From Bacteroidia bacterium (lineage in GTDB: Bacteria > Bacteroidota > Bacteroidia > Cytophagales > Cyclobacteriaceae): 64,000 nt of DNA. Below are positions 21,212 through 30,800 of the stretch, one piece after another. The notes below the pieces were generated by a model. It saw only the letters and a list, made by a program, of their open reading frames with translations, ran no database searches and was not told where the DNA came from. Location of the stretch: the NCBI GenBank assembly GCA_030432655.1, contig JAUILA010000021.1:1-64000 (forward strand). Reading direction: 5' to 3'. Position numbers and translations under genes: made by a program. Every line of letters begins with the position of its first letter. Position 1 is the stretch's first letter.

Positions 21212-21450
21212 GTGAATATTTTTTTTCTTTTGTGTAACCTCTTAAGAACTAGTACGTAAATATAAGTAATTAGTTGCTCAAAAAAATAGCAATGACAAAA
21301 AAAGTAGCATTATTTAATTTTATTTATTACTTTTAGAATTAGATGCGAGGCTACATTCAGTATTAGTATACTTTTTATGATTTCCCTCGGGAGTCAAAAA
21401 TATAATTAATACTTTCAATCGATTTATTCACCTCTAACTCAAATCAACCT

Positions 21451-21852
21451 ATGAACGAATACTTCAAAAAAGTACGGGATTACCTGCTGGACCTAAACTA
21501 CAACATCAGCTATGAAGCTGAAACAGACGGTGTCATCGTCGTGGATGAACAAAGTGCAGGAGTGCAAAATCTGGTACTTGGGGTAGCAGACCCGATCCTG
21601 ATCATCGAACAGTTCATTCTGGAGATCAATGGCAACAGTGCAGAAATCTATCGCAGCCTTCTTCAGAAAAACCGCGACATCATCCATGGAGCCTTCGTGC
21701 TTGATGAAAGCGGCACCAAAGTGATTTTCCGGAATACCCTGGAACTTGAAAATCTTGACCTGAACGAACTGGAGGCGTCCTTTAATTCGCTCAGTCTGCT
21801 CCTAAGTGAGTACTCAAACGAACTAATCCAATTTTCTAAGAAAAAACAATAA
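21451..21852 (+). CDS. YbjN/YjfI-like small cytoplasmic protein (putative sensory-transduction regulator fold)
   Basis: 133 aa, acidic. Pattern resembles YbjN-like domain proteins. First gene of the pspA operon, 11 bp upstream of pspA. Confidence 0.4.
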   Translation: MNEYFKKVRDYLLDLNYNISYEAETDGVIVVDEQSAGVQNLVLGVADPILIIEQFILEINGNSAEIYRSLLQKNRDIIHGAFVLDESGTKVIFRNTLELENLDLNELEASFNSLSLLLSEYSNELIQFSKKKQ

Positions 21853-21862
21853 ACATACGATC

Positions 21863-22591
21863 ATGAAAATCTTTAAACGACTATTCAAAATCGGCCAGTC
21901 CGAGGCCCATGCAGCTATAAACAATCTTGAAGATCCCATTAAGCTGACCGAACAGGGTATCCGCGATATGAAGGAAGACCTTGATAAGGCGCTTAATTCA
22001 CTGGCCCAGGTGAAAGCCATGGCCATCCGTGCCCGAAAGGATGCGACCACCTACTCGGAAAAAGCGGAAGAGTATGAGGGAAAAGCGGTGACTTTGTTAA
22101 AGCGTGCTCAAAGTGGTGACATTGATTCATCCGAGGCAGACAGGCTGGCCACCGAAGCCCTTGCACAGAAAGATAATAATCTTCAGCACGCTTCCCGCGC
22201 ATTGGGAGAGCAGACGAAATACGAAGAATCAGTTGAAAAGCTTGAAAGCAATGTCAACCGGCTCAAGTCAACCATTAATCAGTGGGAGAATGAGTTGAAA
22301 ACACTCAAGGCACGCGTCAAAGTGAGTAACGCAACCAAGAATATCAACAAGCAAATGGCGCAGATCGATTCCACGGATACGATCTCCATGCTGGAACGAA
22401 TGAAGGATAAAGTTGCTCAGGAAGAAGCACTGGCCGAATCCTACGAAGAGATGGCCAACGAATCCAGAAGTATCGATGAGGAAATCGATCGTACCCTGGA
22501 GGAGTCCGGTAAATCCGACAAAGCCCGTGAACTGGAAGCTTTGAAGGAGAAACTTGGAATAAAAAAAGAGGACAGTTCTGACAAAGAATAA
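21863..22591 (+). CDS. pspA: PspA/IM30 (ESCRT-III-like) family protein
   Basis: 242 aa all-helical. Alignable with E. coli PspA over the full length (N-terminal amphipathic helix, coiled-coil hairpin). Confidence 0.85.
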   Translation: MKIFKRLFKIGQSEAHAAINNLEDPIKLTEQGIRDMKEDLDKALNSLAQVKAMAIRARKDATTYSEKAEEYEGKAVTLLKRAQSGDIDSSEADRLATEALAQKDNNLQHASRALGEQTKYEESVEKLESNVNRLKSTINQWENELKTLKARVKVSNATKNINKQMAQIDSTDTISMLERMKDKVAQEEALAESYEEMANESRSIDEEIDRTLEESGKSDKARELEALKEKLGIKKEDSSDKE

Positions 22592-22597
22592 TTAATC

Positions 22598-23221
22598 ATG
22601 GGCGAATTACTTGAGGCGGCACTTTCACCAGCAAACCTGGTGATTACAATCCTGGCGGTTTTTGTAGTGATCTACTGGATCACCGTGATCATCGGCCTGG
22701 TGGATGTCGACCTGTTTGATCTCGACTTAGATCTTGACATGGACGTCGATGCCGACGGAATTTCGGTCGGCTGGCTCAACTCGGCCCTTGCCTTTTTCAA
22801 CCTGGCACAGGTGCCCATCATGATCTTCCTGAGTTTCCTTATCATTCCGGCCTGGGGCCTGATACTAATCGTTAACAATGCATTAGGGATTGAATCCTTC
22901 CTGCCCGGATTGCTGGTACTTATTCCTGTATTCATCATCAGTTTGTTCATTGCCAAATTCATGACAATTCCCTTTGTGAAAATTTTTGGGAAAATGTCAG
23001 AGGAGAAGGAGAATGAAGTGGTCATTGGCAAAGTCTGCGAAGTTATTGTTCCCACGAGGGGCAGTAAAGTCGGACAGGCGCTTGTAACAACAAACGGGGC
23101 ACCCCTGCGACTGAATGTCTTTACAACAAAAGGCATCGAGTTGATCAAAGGGGATAAAGGCCTGGTCATTGAATACCAGAAAGAACGAAATATTTATTTA
23201 ATCGAACCTTATAACAATTAG
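22598..23221 (+). CDS. YqiJ/NfeD-like inner-membrane protein (TM N-terminus, acidic DLDLD stretch, C-terminal OB-fold)
   Basis: Multi-TM N-terminal half. C-terminal VIGKVCEVIVP...GQALVTTNGAPLRLNVFT...GDKGLVIEY resembles the NfeD OB-fold. Sits immediately upstream of a flotillin gene as in yqiJK. Confidence 0.6.
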   Translation: MGELLEAALSPANLVITILAVFVVIYWITVIIGLVDVDLFDLDLDLDMDVDADGISVGWLNSALAFFNLAQVPIMIFLSFLIIPAWGLILIVNNALGIESFLPGLLVLIPVFIISLFIAKFMTIPFVKIFGKMSEEKENEVVIGKVCEVIVPTRGSKVGQALVTTNGAPLRLNVFTTKGIELIKGDKGLVIEYQKERNIYLIEPYNN

Positions 23222-23223
23222 AA

Positions 23224-25395
23224 ATGGCAACAAATGTAACGATCGTTTTAATTCTGGTCGGCGTTATCCTCGTAATCGGGATATTGTCGCTCTTTATTAA
23301 AATGTATAGAAAAGCTGTCCAGGGCGAAGCACTCATCAGGACTGGTGTTGGCGATGCAAAAGTTTCATTCTCCGGAATATTTGTCATCCCGGTAATGCAC
23401 AAACTGGAGGTTATGGACATCACCCTCAAAACGGTCAATATATCGAGAATGGGGAAAGATGGTCTCATATGTAAAGACAATATGCGAGCCGATATCAAGG
23501 TGAGTTTCTTTATCCGTGTAAACAAAACCACGGAAGATGTAATTCATGTAGCACAGTCAATCGGATGTCAGCGCGCTTCGGATATTCAGCAACTTGAAAT
23601 GCTGTTTGACGCAAAATTCTCCGAGGCCTTAAAAACCGTAGGTAAGCACTTTGACTTTGTGGAACTCTATAATTCACGAAGCAAATTCAAGGAAAAGATC
23701 CTGGAAGAGATCGGTACGGACCTCAATGGCTATGTGCTGGATGATTGCGCCATAGATTATGTGGAGCAGACATCGATCCTTGATCTTAATGAACAAAATA
23801 TCCTTGACGCACAGGGTATCAAGAAGATCATTGACCTGACGGCCGCAGAAAAGGTGAAGTCCAACCTGATCGAGCGGGAAAAGGAAAAGACCATTAAGAA
23901 GCAGGACGTGGAGGCGCGCGAAACCATTCTCCAGCTGGAAAGGCAGCTTGCGGAGAAGGAAGAGCAGCAGAAACGTGAAATTGATAACATCAAGGCCCGT
24001 GAAGAAGCGGCGATTGCCAAGGTGCGTGAGGAGGAACGTCTCAAGTCCGAAAAAGCACGAATTACCACCGAGGAAGAACTTGGGGTAGCCGAGGAGAACA
24101 AACTCCGTCAGATCGTAGTGGCGCAGAAGAGTAAGGACAAAACGGAAGCGGTTGAAATGGAGCGTGTGGAACTTGCCCGTGCCCTGGAGGCAACCGAACG
24201 CGAGCGGGTGGTTGAGCTGGCGCAGATTGATAAGGAGAAGTCCCTCGAAGTGGAGCGCAGAAATATCCAGGAGGTTATCCGTGAGCGCGTGACCGTGGAG
24301 AAGGCAACAGTGGAAGAAGAGGAAAAGATCAAGGATACACGCGCGAAGGCTGAGGCTGATCGTAATAAGATGGTGGCGATTACGCTGGCCGAACAGAATG
24401 CCCAGGAGGCGCTTGTTAAAGAGATCAAATCGGCCGAAGCTGCCAAACAGTCGGCAGAACATCTTGCTGAAAAAGCGCTGGTGGATGCACAAGCGGAGAA
24501 ATCAGCGGCCGAACACCGCGCAGAAGCCATGAAGACCATGGCCGAAGCAGAAGCCGCTCAGAAAGCAGCTTTAGGTATGTCCGAGGCACAAGTCATGAAA
24601 GCCAAGGCAGAAGCACTCGAAGAGCAGGGTGAGTCGGAAGCCTCCGTGATCGAAATGAAAGCAGAAGCCGAAGCCAAAGGAATCCGGGCCAAGTCCAACG
24701 CGCAGGCGGAAGCCGAAGAGCGCCTCGGATTTACCGCAGCCAAGGTAAACCGGGAGAAAGGGCTTGCCAATGCCGAGGTGACGGAAGTTCAGGCAGCTGC
24801 CGACGAGAAGAAAGGCCTTGCCGACGCCAGGATCATGAAGGAGAAGTTCGCCGCGGATGCAGAAGGCATAAAAGCCAAAGCGGAAGCTATGAAACTCTTC
24901 GACGACCAGGGTATCCTTCACGAAGAGTTTAAGTTACAGCTTGAAAAAGACAGGACGATCGAACTTGCTCATTTCGACATTCAGAAGTATGTGGCAGAAG
25001 CACAGGCGAAAGTACTGGGAGAAGCATTCAAGGAAGCCAACATCGATATCATTGGTGGGGAGTCCATGTTCTTCAACCAGATCGCGGGCGCCATTGCCAA
25101 TGGTAAGTCGATCGACGGACTCGTCAATAACAGCAAAGTGCTGAGCGATATCCGCCATACCTTTTTAGGAAGTGAAGGCGGATCTGACTTCAAGCACAAG
25201 ATCGGTGAATTGCTTAAAAGCTTTAATGTGACCAGTGATGATGTGAAGAATCTCACCATTTCTGCGATCCTCTTTAAGCTCATGGGCAAAGCCGATAATG
25301 CCGACCTGAAGTCAAACCTTCAGCAAATGATGAGCATAGCCAAGTCTGCGGGACTCGATAAGGAGACCCCGAGATCATTGGGACTGGCCGTTTAA
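23224..25395 (+). CDS. flotillin-like SPFH/band-7 protein (YqiK/FloT-type) with long Ala/Glu/Lys-rich coiled coil
   Basis: N-terminal TM anchor, SPFH domain, about 350 aa of EA-rich heptads. Start is 3 nt after the upstream stop. Confidence 0.8.
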   Translation: MATNVTIVLILVGVILVIGILSLFIKMYRKAVQGEALIRTGVGDAKVSFSGIFVIPVMHKLEVMDITLKTVNISRMGKDGLICKDNMRADIKVSFFIRVNKTTEDVIHVAQSIGCQRASDIQQLEMLFDAKFSEALKTVGKHFDFVELYNSRSKFKEKILEEIGTDLNGYVLDDCAIDYVEQTSILDLNEQNILDAQGIKKIIDLTAAEKVKSNLIEREKEKTIKKQDVEARETILQLERQLAEKEEQQKREIDNIKAREEAAIAKVREEERLKSEKARITTEEELGVAEENKLRQIVVAQKSKDKTEAVEMERVELARALEATERERVVELAQIDKEKSLEVERRNIQEVIRERVTVEKATVEEEEKIKDTRAKAEADRNKMVAITLAEQNAQEALVKEIKSAEAAKQSAEHLAEKALVDAQAEKSAAEHRAEAMKTMAEAEAAQKAALGMSEAQVMKAKAEALEEQGESEASVIEMKAEAEAKGIRAKSNAQAEAEERLGFTAAKVNREKGLANAEVTEVQAAADEKKGLADARIMKEKFAADAEGIKAKAEAMKLFDDQGILHEEFKLQLEKDRTIELAHFDIQKYVAEAQAKVLGEAFKEANIDIIGGESMFFNQIAGAIANGKSIDGLVNNSKVLSDIRHTFLGSEGGSDFKHKIGELLKSFNVTSDDVKNLTISAILFKLMGKADNADLKSNLQQMMSIAKSAGLDKETPRSLGLAV

Positions 25396-25465
25396 CGGGC
25401 CAGCTGTATTAATCAAAACGCCCGGGAAGTTGGTCCCGGGCACTTAAACCCTACACCAGTAAAAT

Positions 25466-28400
25466 ATGAGCGATAAGGAAACTTTGTCGACGGGTGGAAA
25501 CTACGAGGTTCTGAAGTCACGCCTGAATGCAGCAGTTGAAGATTTGAAGTCTTCCCTCGCCGGCCTGAATGAGGCTAGGAAAGATACATTCGGCAATATA
25601 GAACAGAAGCTGGTTGCTACCGAACGGATCAGTACGCAGAATAATTGTGTTCCGAGGGATATGATAGCACTGGGCGATAAGCTCCTGTTTGGCTTTAATG
25701 TGCACATCGGGCTAAAAGCCCAGGTCAGTGTGTCCGATGTATTCTCCATCCACAAATATGAAGATCATGCTTTTCATGAACTGGATAATGCGCTTATCAG
25801 CGACGATCAGTTTGAAGATGATTTTCATAAGCTATATAAATACTACAAGGAAACCACCTTCGTGAAATTCGCGGTCCGCGGTCCTTACCTGTATATGATA
25901 TTCCGTATCGGCAAGGACGAAGAGGATATTAAGGCGTTCAAATGGCAGATCAATGCGGAAGGACTCACCTATATCGATAATCGCAGCGAGTACGAATTTT
26001 CCTATCCCGATCAGCATGAATTCTCCTGGAAAAAGACCACGCGTGACAATCAGCGTCAGGGTAAATTTCCCCATGTTTCCATTGAGGATAAGTTGTTCGT
26101 GGAAACAATAGGAGGTGACCTGACCATAAAGATAGAGGACAATACCGATAACGGTCATGGCATTTACAAGGAGGAAGTGGAGGATGCCGACCAGACCCTG
26201 GATGACAGTGAGATCTATTATGCAATTTACGGCAGCCTGATCCTGTTGAAAATCCGCCCCTACCGCGAAGAGGCATACCGTTACCTCGTGTATAACAGTA
26301 AGCTTCAGCAGGTGCGAAATATACCGTCAATCCGGGAAGCATGTATCTTTCTTCCGGACGACCAGGGTATTCTGTTCACAAATGGATATTACCTGCAATC
26401 CGGTGACTTCAAGGCGTTTGAACGCGACGAAGCCAATCTTAAGTACGAACTGACTATTGCCTCTCCCAATGGGGAGGATTATATGTATGTTTTCTACCAG
26501 CCCGGAATCGGTAATTACCTGTTGCTTCCATATAATATAATTCTCCGTCAGATCGGCACCCCGATATGGTGCCATGGATACGCGCTGTACCAGAACGGCG
26601 AATTGGCTTATTTCACGGCAGATGAGCAGCCAAAGAAGCATCATGTAGTGCGGATCTGGCAAACTTCATATACCGCTCCTGATTTTGAACTGACCCACAC
26701 CAACAATTCTTACCTGTCAAAAGTCGGTAACAAAGATATCGTACGAGCGATGGCGGAATGTCAGGAGATCATTACACTTACGGAGAAAGGAGAGGATTAT
26801 GATGGTTTGTATATTGATCTGTCAAGACAGGCGACAGATGTTATCGACTCCTATTACTGGCTGGATCATGACGAGGCGTTTAATGTAAAAAGTCCGCTGG
26901 AAAATATCCGGCAGTCAGCGAATGCCGCCATTGATGAATTTGACAAAGTAGTCAGGATCCGGAAGGAAACCGGCCAGCGTACGAAAGCTGTTTTTGACGA
27001 GGGGTCCTCACATATTAAGAAAACATCCCGCGAAAGCGGACAATCCCTTGATACGTATGTGGCTCACCTGACTACGTTCAGAAAACTGATGGGGGAAACG
27101 GAAGGCTTGCGTCAGTTGCGGTTTGCAGATGAGGAAGCGGTGGATAAACAGCTTGCGGAATTGAAACAGGCCAGTGAGAGTTACGCGGCATCCTGCGTAC
27201 GGTATCTTCTTCGCCCTGAATCGCTCGAGCCTTACGAAAAACGTATTGACGAATTAGCGGCTCGGATTGATGAGGTGAAAAAGGTGACCGAGGCCAAGGA
27301 ATTGCAGGAGAATATTAATCAGACAGGTAAGGATCTGGAGATGCTGATCGACGTGGTGAGTAATCTTAAAATTGAAGATGCCACACAAACGACAGAGATC
27401 ATTGAAAATATTTCAGCACTTTTCGCGAGGGTTAACCAGCAAAGGGCCCGGCTGAAAAAGCACAGGCAGAATCTGTCGCGGGAGGAATCCAAGGCAGAGT
27501 TTGTGGTCCAGATGAAACTGGTTGATCAAAGCCTCACCAATTACCTGGATCTGTGCGATACACCGGCCCGTTGCGAGGAATACCTTTCAAAGCTGTTAAT
27601 CCAGATTGAGGAGATGGAGAGCCGTTTCGGAGATTTTGAGGACTTCTTTTCTGATATTGCCGATAAACGGGAGATGGTGGTCGATGCCTTTGAATCCCGC
27701 AAGAATGTGATTAATGAAGAGCTCGGTAGAAAGCGTCAGAGCCTTTTTCAGTCCGGTAAGCGAATACTTCAAAGTATAGAAAACCGCGTCTTGAAAATGA
27801 ATGACGCCGCCGAAATTCAGGCCTATTTCACTGCGGATTTAATGATTGAGAAAGTTCGGTCCACCATTGAAAAATTGCGTGAAATTGATGATCCGGTTAA
27901 AGCGGATGATCTGGCTGGACAGCTTAAATCATTACGGGAAGACGCTTACAGGCAATTGTCGGACAGGCAGGATCTGTATGCCGGAGATGATGATATAATT
28001 AAATTCGGCAATTTCCAGTTTTCCATTAATTCGCAGCAACTTGAATTGTCCATTATTCCACGGAATGAATCACTCTATTTCTACCTGGGCGGCACAAATT
28101 TTTACGAAAAAGTCAATGACGAATTTCTGGAGAATAACAAGGAAATATGGGACCAGGTCTATCAGTCCGAATCGCCGGATGTATACCGGGCGGAGTTTCT
28201 TGCCTATTCACTTTTCCAGCAATGGCGGATCCAGGGCAATGAAGTATTAAGTGACATTGAAGCGATGGAGGATCAGGATCTGCTGGAACGGATCCGGAAG
28301 GAAATGTCCACCCGGTTCAACGAAGGATACGCGAAAGGCATTCATGATGAAGATACCCTGAAGATCCTGAAGGCAATTTTCTCATTTTACTCAGCAGGGG

Positions 28401-30310
28401 GGACGCTGATCTACCCGGCGGATATCCGTGCGGAAGCAATGAAATTCTGGTTTTTCACCCTCGATGAGGGTTCCAGGAAAAAATGGAACGACAGGATCAA
28501 GGGTCTTGGATTAATTTATTCCGTTTTTAATAATCCTGCGATTTATGCGGAAACCTGCGCGCTCCTTTTACCACTGATTACAGAATCGTCGCGTGATTCC
28601 TTAACCCGCAGTCAGTATGAAGAGGTGACCCGTTACCTTGTGGAAGAAATGGCGGTGGAAACCACCTTCATCTTGTCTGCAGAAGCAGCGGCAACCGGCG
28701 TTAATTTCAAGGCAGCCCTGAAGAAAAGAAAGGCAGTAAAGACCTTTGAAGAATCGCTCAGGAAAGCGGGTGAAACACCTGCAGAACAATTTGCCATGGT
28801 GTGCGAATGGTTAAGGGTTTTTAGTAATCCGGAAGAACGTGAGTTTATGCAGGAAGCCGCTTTGTACATATTAATGGAAGATGTTTTCAGGGTGTCTGAT
28901 ACCGTTATGAAACACCAGATTGGCGGAATGAAGGGAACACATCCGAAGATCAGTGACCAGAATGAATTGGCGTTGAACTTTAATAATTATTTCAAGCGCC
29001 TTTTAGACTATACAACAGGTACTTTACCGGCGTTCCGTGAATTTCAGCACCGGAAGCAGGAAAAGGTAAAAACGTTTTCCGACGAACTTCGGCTGGATTC
29101 CTTTAAGCCAAAAGTCATGAGCAGTTTTGTGCGAAACAAACTGATTAATGATGTCTATCTTCCCCTCATAGGTGCCAACCTGGCCAAGCAAATTGGGGAG
29201 GCCGGAGCCAATCAGCGAACAGATCTGATGGGACTATTGCTGTTGATCTCTCCGCCCGGCTATGGCAAGACTACGCTTATGGAATATATTGCCAACCGCC
29301 TGGGGCTTATATTTATGAAAATTAACGGTCCGGCCATTGGTCACGATGTTACTTCCGTTGATCCGGGAGAAGCGTCAAGTGCCACTGCCCGCCAGGAGCT
29401 GGAAAAGCTGAACCTGGCTTTTGAAATGGGCGATAATATTATGATATACCTGGATGACATCCAGCACGTGAGCCCCGAATTTTTGCAGAAGTTCATTTCG
29501 CTTTGTGATGCCCAGCGGAAAATTGAAGGTGTTTATAAAGGTAAAACCCGCACCTATGATTTTCGCGGTAAGAAGGTTTGTGTGGTAATGGCAGGCAACC
29601 CCTACACCGAGAGCGGTGAGAAGTTTGCTATACCTGATATGCTGGCTAACCGGGCCGACATCTATAATCTTGGCGACATCATTGGTGATTCCTCCCATGC
29701 TTTCAAATTGAGTTACATCGAGAACTGTATCACGAGTAACCAGACCCTTAATAGCCTGGCCGGTAAAAGCCGCGAGGATATCTATGCACTGATCAAGTCT
29801 GCAGAAGACGGAACGGCAGCCGACACCCTCACCGGCAACTATTCTCCAGATGAAATTTCAGATTACCTCAAAGTATTTAAAATGCTTCTGAAGGTCCGGG
29901 ATGTCATCATGACCGTCAATAACGAATACGTTCGCTCAGCAGCACAAGCAGATGAATTCCGGACTGAACCTCCGTTTAAACTGCAAGGTTCTTATCGCGA
30001 CATGAATAAGATCGCGGAAAAAGTATTTCCGGTCATGAATGAAGACGAGTTGAATATTATCCTGTCGGATCATTATGAGAATGAAGCGCAGTCACTCACC
30101 CGCGGGGCTGAATTTAACCTGCTTAAATACAACCAGCTGACTGATCAGCTGACCGACGAAAACCGGAAACGATGGGATTATATAACCAGTGTCTTTATGA
30201 AACAGCAAAAGCAGAAAGGATACGGGGATAATTCAACGGCGATGCTCGTGGAGAATATGGAAGAAATCAGTGACGGGATTCGTGAGATTGGAAAGGCATT
30301 GAAGAAATGA
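25466..30310 (+). CDS. giant (1614 aa) protein with C-terminal MoxR-like AAA+ ATPase module; N-terminal ~1200 aa of unknown function (beta-rich region + long coiled coil)
   Basis: Walker A LISPPGYGKTT (about 29245), Walker B IMIYLDDIQH, sensor block VVMAGNPYTESGEKFAIPDMLANRAD (compare MoxR ATQNP...LDRF). No recognisable N-terminal domain. Confidence 0.75.
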   Translation: MSDKETLSTGGNYEVLKSRLNAAVEDLKSSLAGLNEARKDTFGNIEQKLVATERISTQNNCVPRDMIALGDKLLFGFNVHIGLKAQVSVSDVFSIHKYEDHAFHELDNALISDDQFEDDFHKLYKYYKETTFVKFAVRGPYLYMIFRIGKDEEDIKAFKWQINAEGLTYIDNRSEYEFSYPDQHEFSWKKTTRDNQRQGKFPHVSIEDKLFVETIGGDLTIKIEDNTDNGHGIYKEEVEDADQTLDDSEIYYAIYGSLILLKIRPYREEAYRYLVYNSKLQQVRNIPSIREACIFLPDDQGILFTNGYYLQSGDFKAFERDEANLKYELTIASPNGEDYMYVFYQPGIGNYLLLPYNIILRQIGTPIWCHGYALYQNGELAYFTADEQPKKHHVVRIWQTSYTAPDFELTHTNNSYLSKVGNKDIVRAMAECQEIITLTEKGEDYDGLYIDLSRQATDVIDSYYWLDHDEAFNVKSPLENIRQSANAAIDEFDKVVRIRKETGQRTKAVFDEGSSHIKKTSRESGQSLDTYVAHLTTFRKLMGETEGLRQLRFADEEAVDKQLAELKQASESYAASCVRYLLRPESLEPYEKRIDELAARIDEVKKVTEAKELQENINQTGKDLEMLIDVVSNLKIEDATQTTEIIENISALFARVNQQRARLKKHRQNLSREESKAEFVVQMKLVDQSLTNYLDLCDTPARCEEYLSKLLIQIEEMESRFGDFEDFFSDIADKREMVVDAFESRKNVINEELGRKRQSLFQSGKRILQSIENRVLKMNDAAEIQAYFTADLMIEKVRSTIEKLREIDDPVKADDLAGQLKSLREDAYRQLSDRQDLYAGDDDIIKFGNFQFSINSQQLELSIIPRNESLYFYLGGTNFYEKVNDEFLENNKEIWDQVYQSESPDVYRAEFLAYSLFQQWRIQGNEVLSDIEAMEDQDLLERIRKEMSTRFNEGYAKGIHDEDTLKILKAIFSFYSAGGTLIYPADIRAEAMKFWFFTLDEGSRKKWNDRIKGLGLIYSVFNNPAIYAETCALLLPLITESSRDSLTRSQYEEVTRYLVEEMAVETTFILSAEAAATGVNFKAALKKRKAVKTFEESLRKAGETPAEQFAMVCEWLRVFSNPEEREFMQEAALYILMEDVFRVSDTVMKHQIGGMKGTHPKISDQNELALNFNNYFKRLLDYTTGTLPAFREFQHRKQEKVKTFSDELRLDSFKPKVMSSFVRNKLINDVYLPLIGANLAKQIGEAGANQRTDLMGLLLLISPPGYGKTTLMEYIANRLGLIFMKINGPAIGHDVTSVDPGEASSATARQELEKLNLAFEMGDNIMIYLDDIQHVSPEFLQKFISLCDAQRKIEGVYKGKTRTYDFRGKKVCVVMAGNPYTESGEKFAIPDMLANRADIYNLGDIIGDSSHAFKLSYIENCITSNQTLNSLAGKSREDIYALIKSAEDGTAADTLTGNYSPDEISDYLKVFKMLLKVRDVIMTVNNEYVRSAAQADEFRTEPPFKLQGSYRDMNKIAEKVFPVMNEDELNIILSDHYENEAQSLTRGAEFNLLKYNQLTDQLTDENRKRWDYITSVFMKQQKQKGYGDNSTAMLVENMEEISDGIREIGKALKK

Positions 30311-30323
30311 CAGCATGGCGGAT

Positions 30324-30347
30324 GGTCGGAGCGTCCACGCTCCGACC
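30324..30347 (+). terminator. perfect 10-bp stem-loop immediately after the giant gene stop (no U-tract)
   Basis: ggtcggagcg-tcca-cgctccgacc, 14 nt downstream of the TGA. Confidence 0.4.
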
Positions 30348-30366
30348 AACAGTCCCTGTCACCCCT

Positions 30367-30800
30367 ATGTACAGTTGGAGAATTGAGCATACAGTGGGCG
30401 TGAGTAAAAAAGTCTGTCACCCCCGTCTATGGACAGTTGGAGAATTGAGCATACAGTGTGCGTGGGTTAAAAAGTCTGTCACCCCCGCCTATGGACAGTT
30501 GGAGAATTGAGCATACAGTGCGTGTGAGTAAAAAAGTCTGTCACCCCCGTCTATGTACAGTTGGAGAATTGAGCATACAGTGTGCGTGGGTTAAAAAGTC
30601 TGTCACCCCCGTCTATGTACAGTTGGAGAATTGAGCAAACAGTGGGCGTGAGTAAAAAAGTCTGTCACCCCCGTCTATGTACAGTTGGAGAATTGAGCAT
30701 ACAGTGTGCGTGAGTAAAAAAGTCTGTCACCCCCGTCTATGTACAGTTTGAGAATTGAGCATACTGTGTGCGTGGGTCAAAAAGTCTGTCACCCCCGTCC
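30367..30800 (+). repeat. 62-bp tandem repeat array, 7 copies, two alternating unit variants
   Basis: Copies start at 30367, 30429, 30491, 30553, 30615, 30677 and 30739. Variants differ at gtgggcgtgagtaaaaaa versus gtgtgcgtgggttaaaaa. No unique spacers. Confidence 0.9.

Noticed and set aside
21212-21450. Explicit Bacteroidetes -33/-7 promoter calls (TTTG / TAnnTTTG) in the divergent regulator/operon intergenic region.
   Set aside because: The region is AT-rich with near matches (for example TACTTTTT), but no clean TAnnTTTG. I could not place promoters confidently by eye.
23674-24921. Several minus-strand ORFs (272, 143, 116, 114 aa) inside the flotillin gene.
   Set aside because: They are antisense to the Ala/Glu/Lys-rich coiled-coil coding region, and their open frames are a codon-composition artefact (Ser/Leu/Phe/Arg-rich nonsense).
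30367-30800. Possible CRISPR array.
   Set aside because: The repeating unit is 62 bp with the whole unit conserved. There are no unique spacer segments. Only two alternating variants are seen. No cas genes lie nearby.
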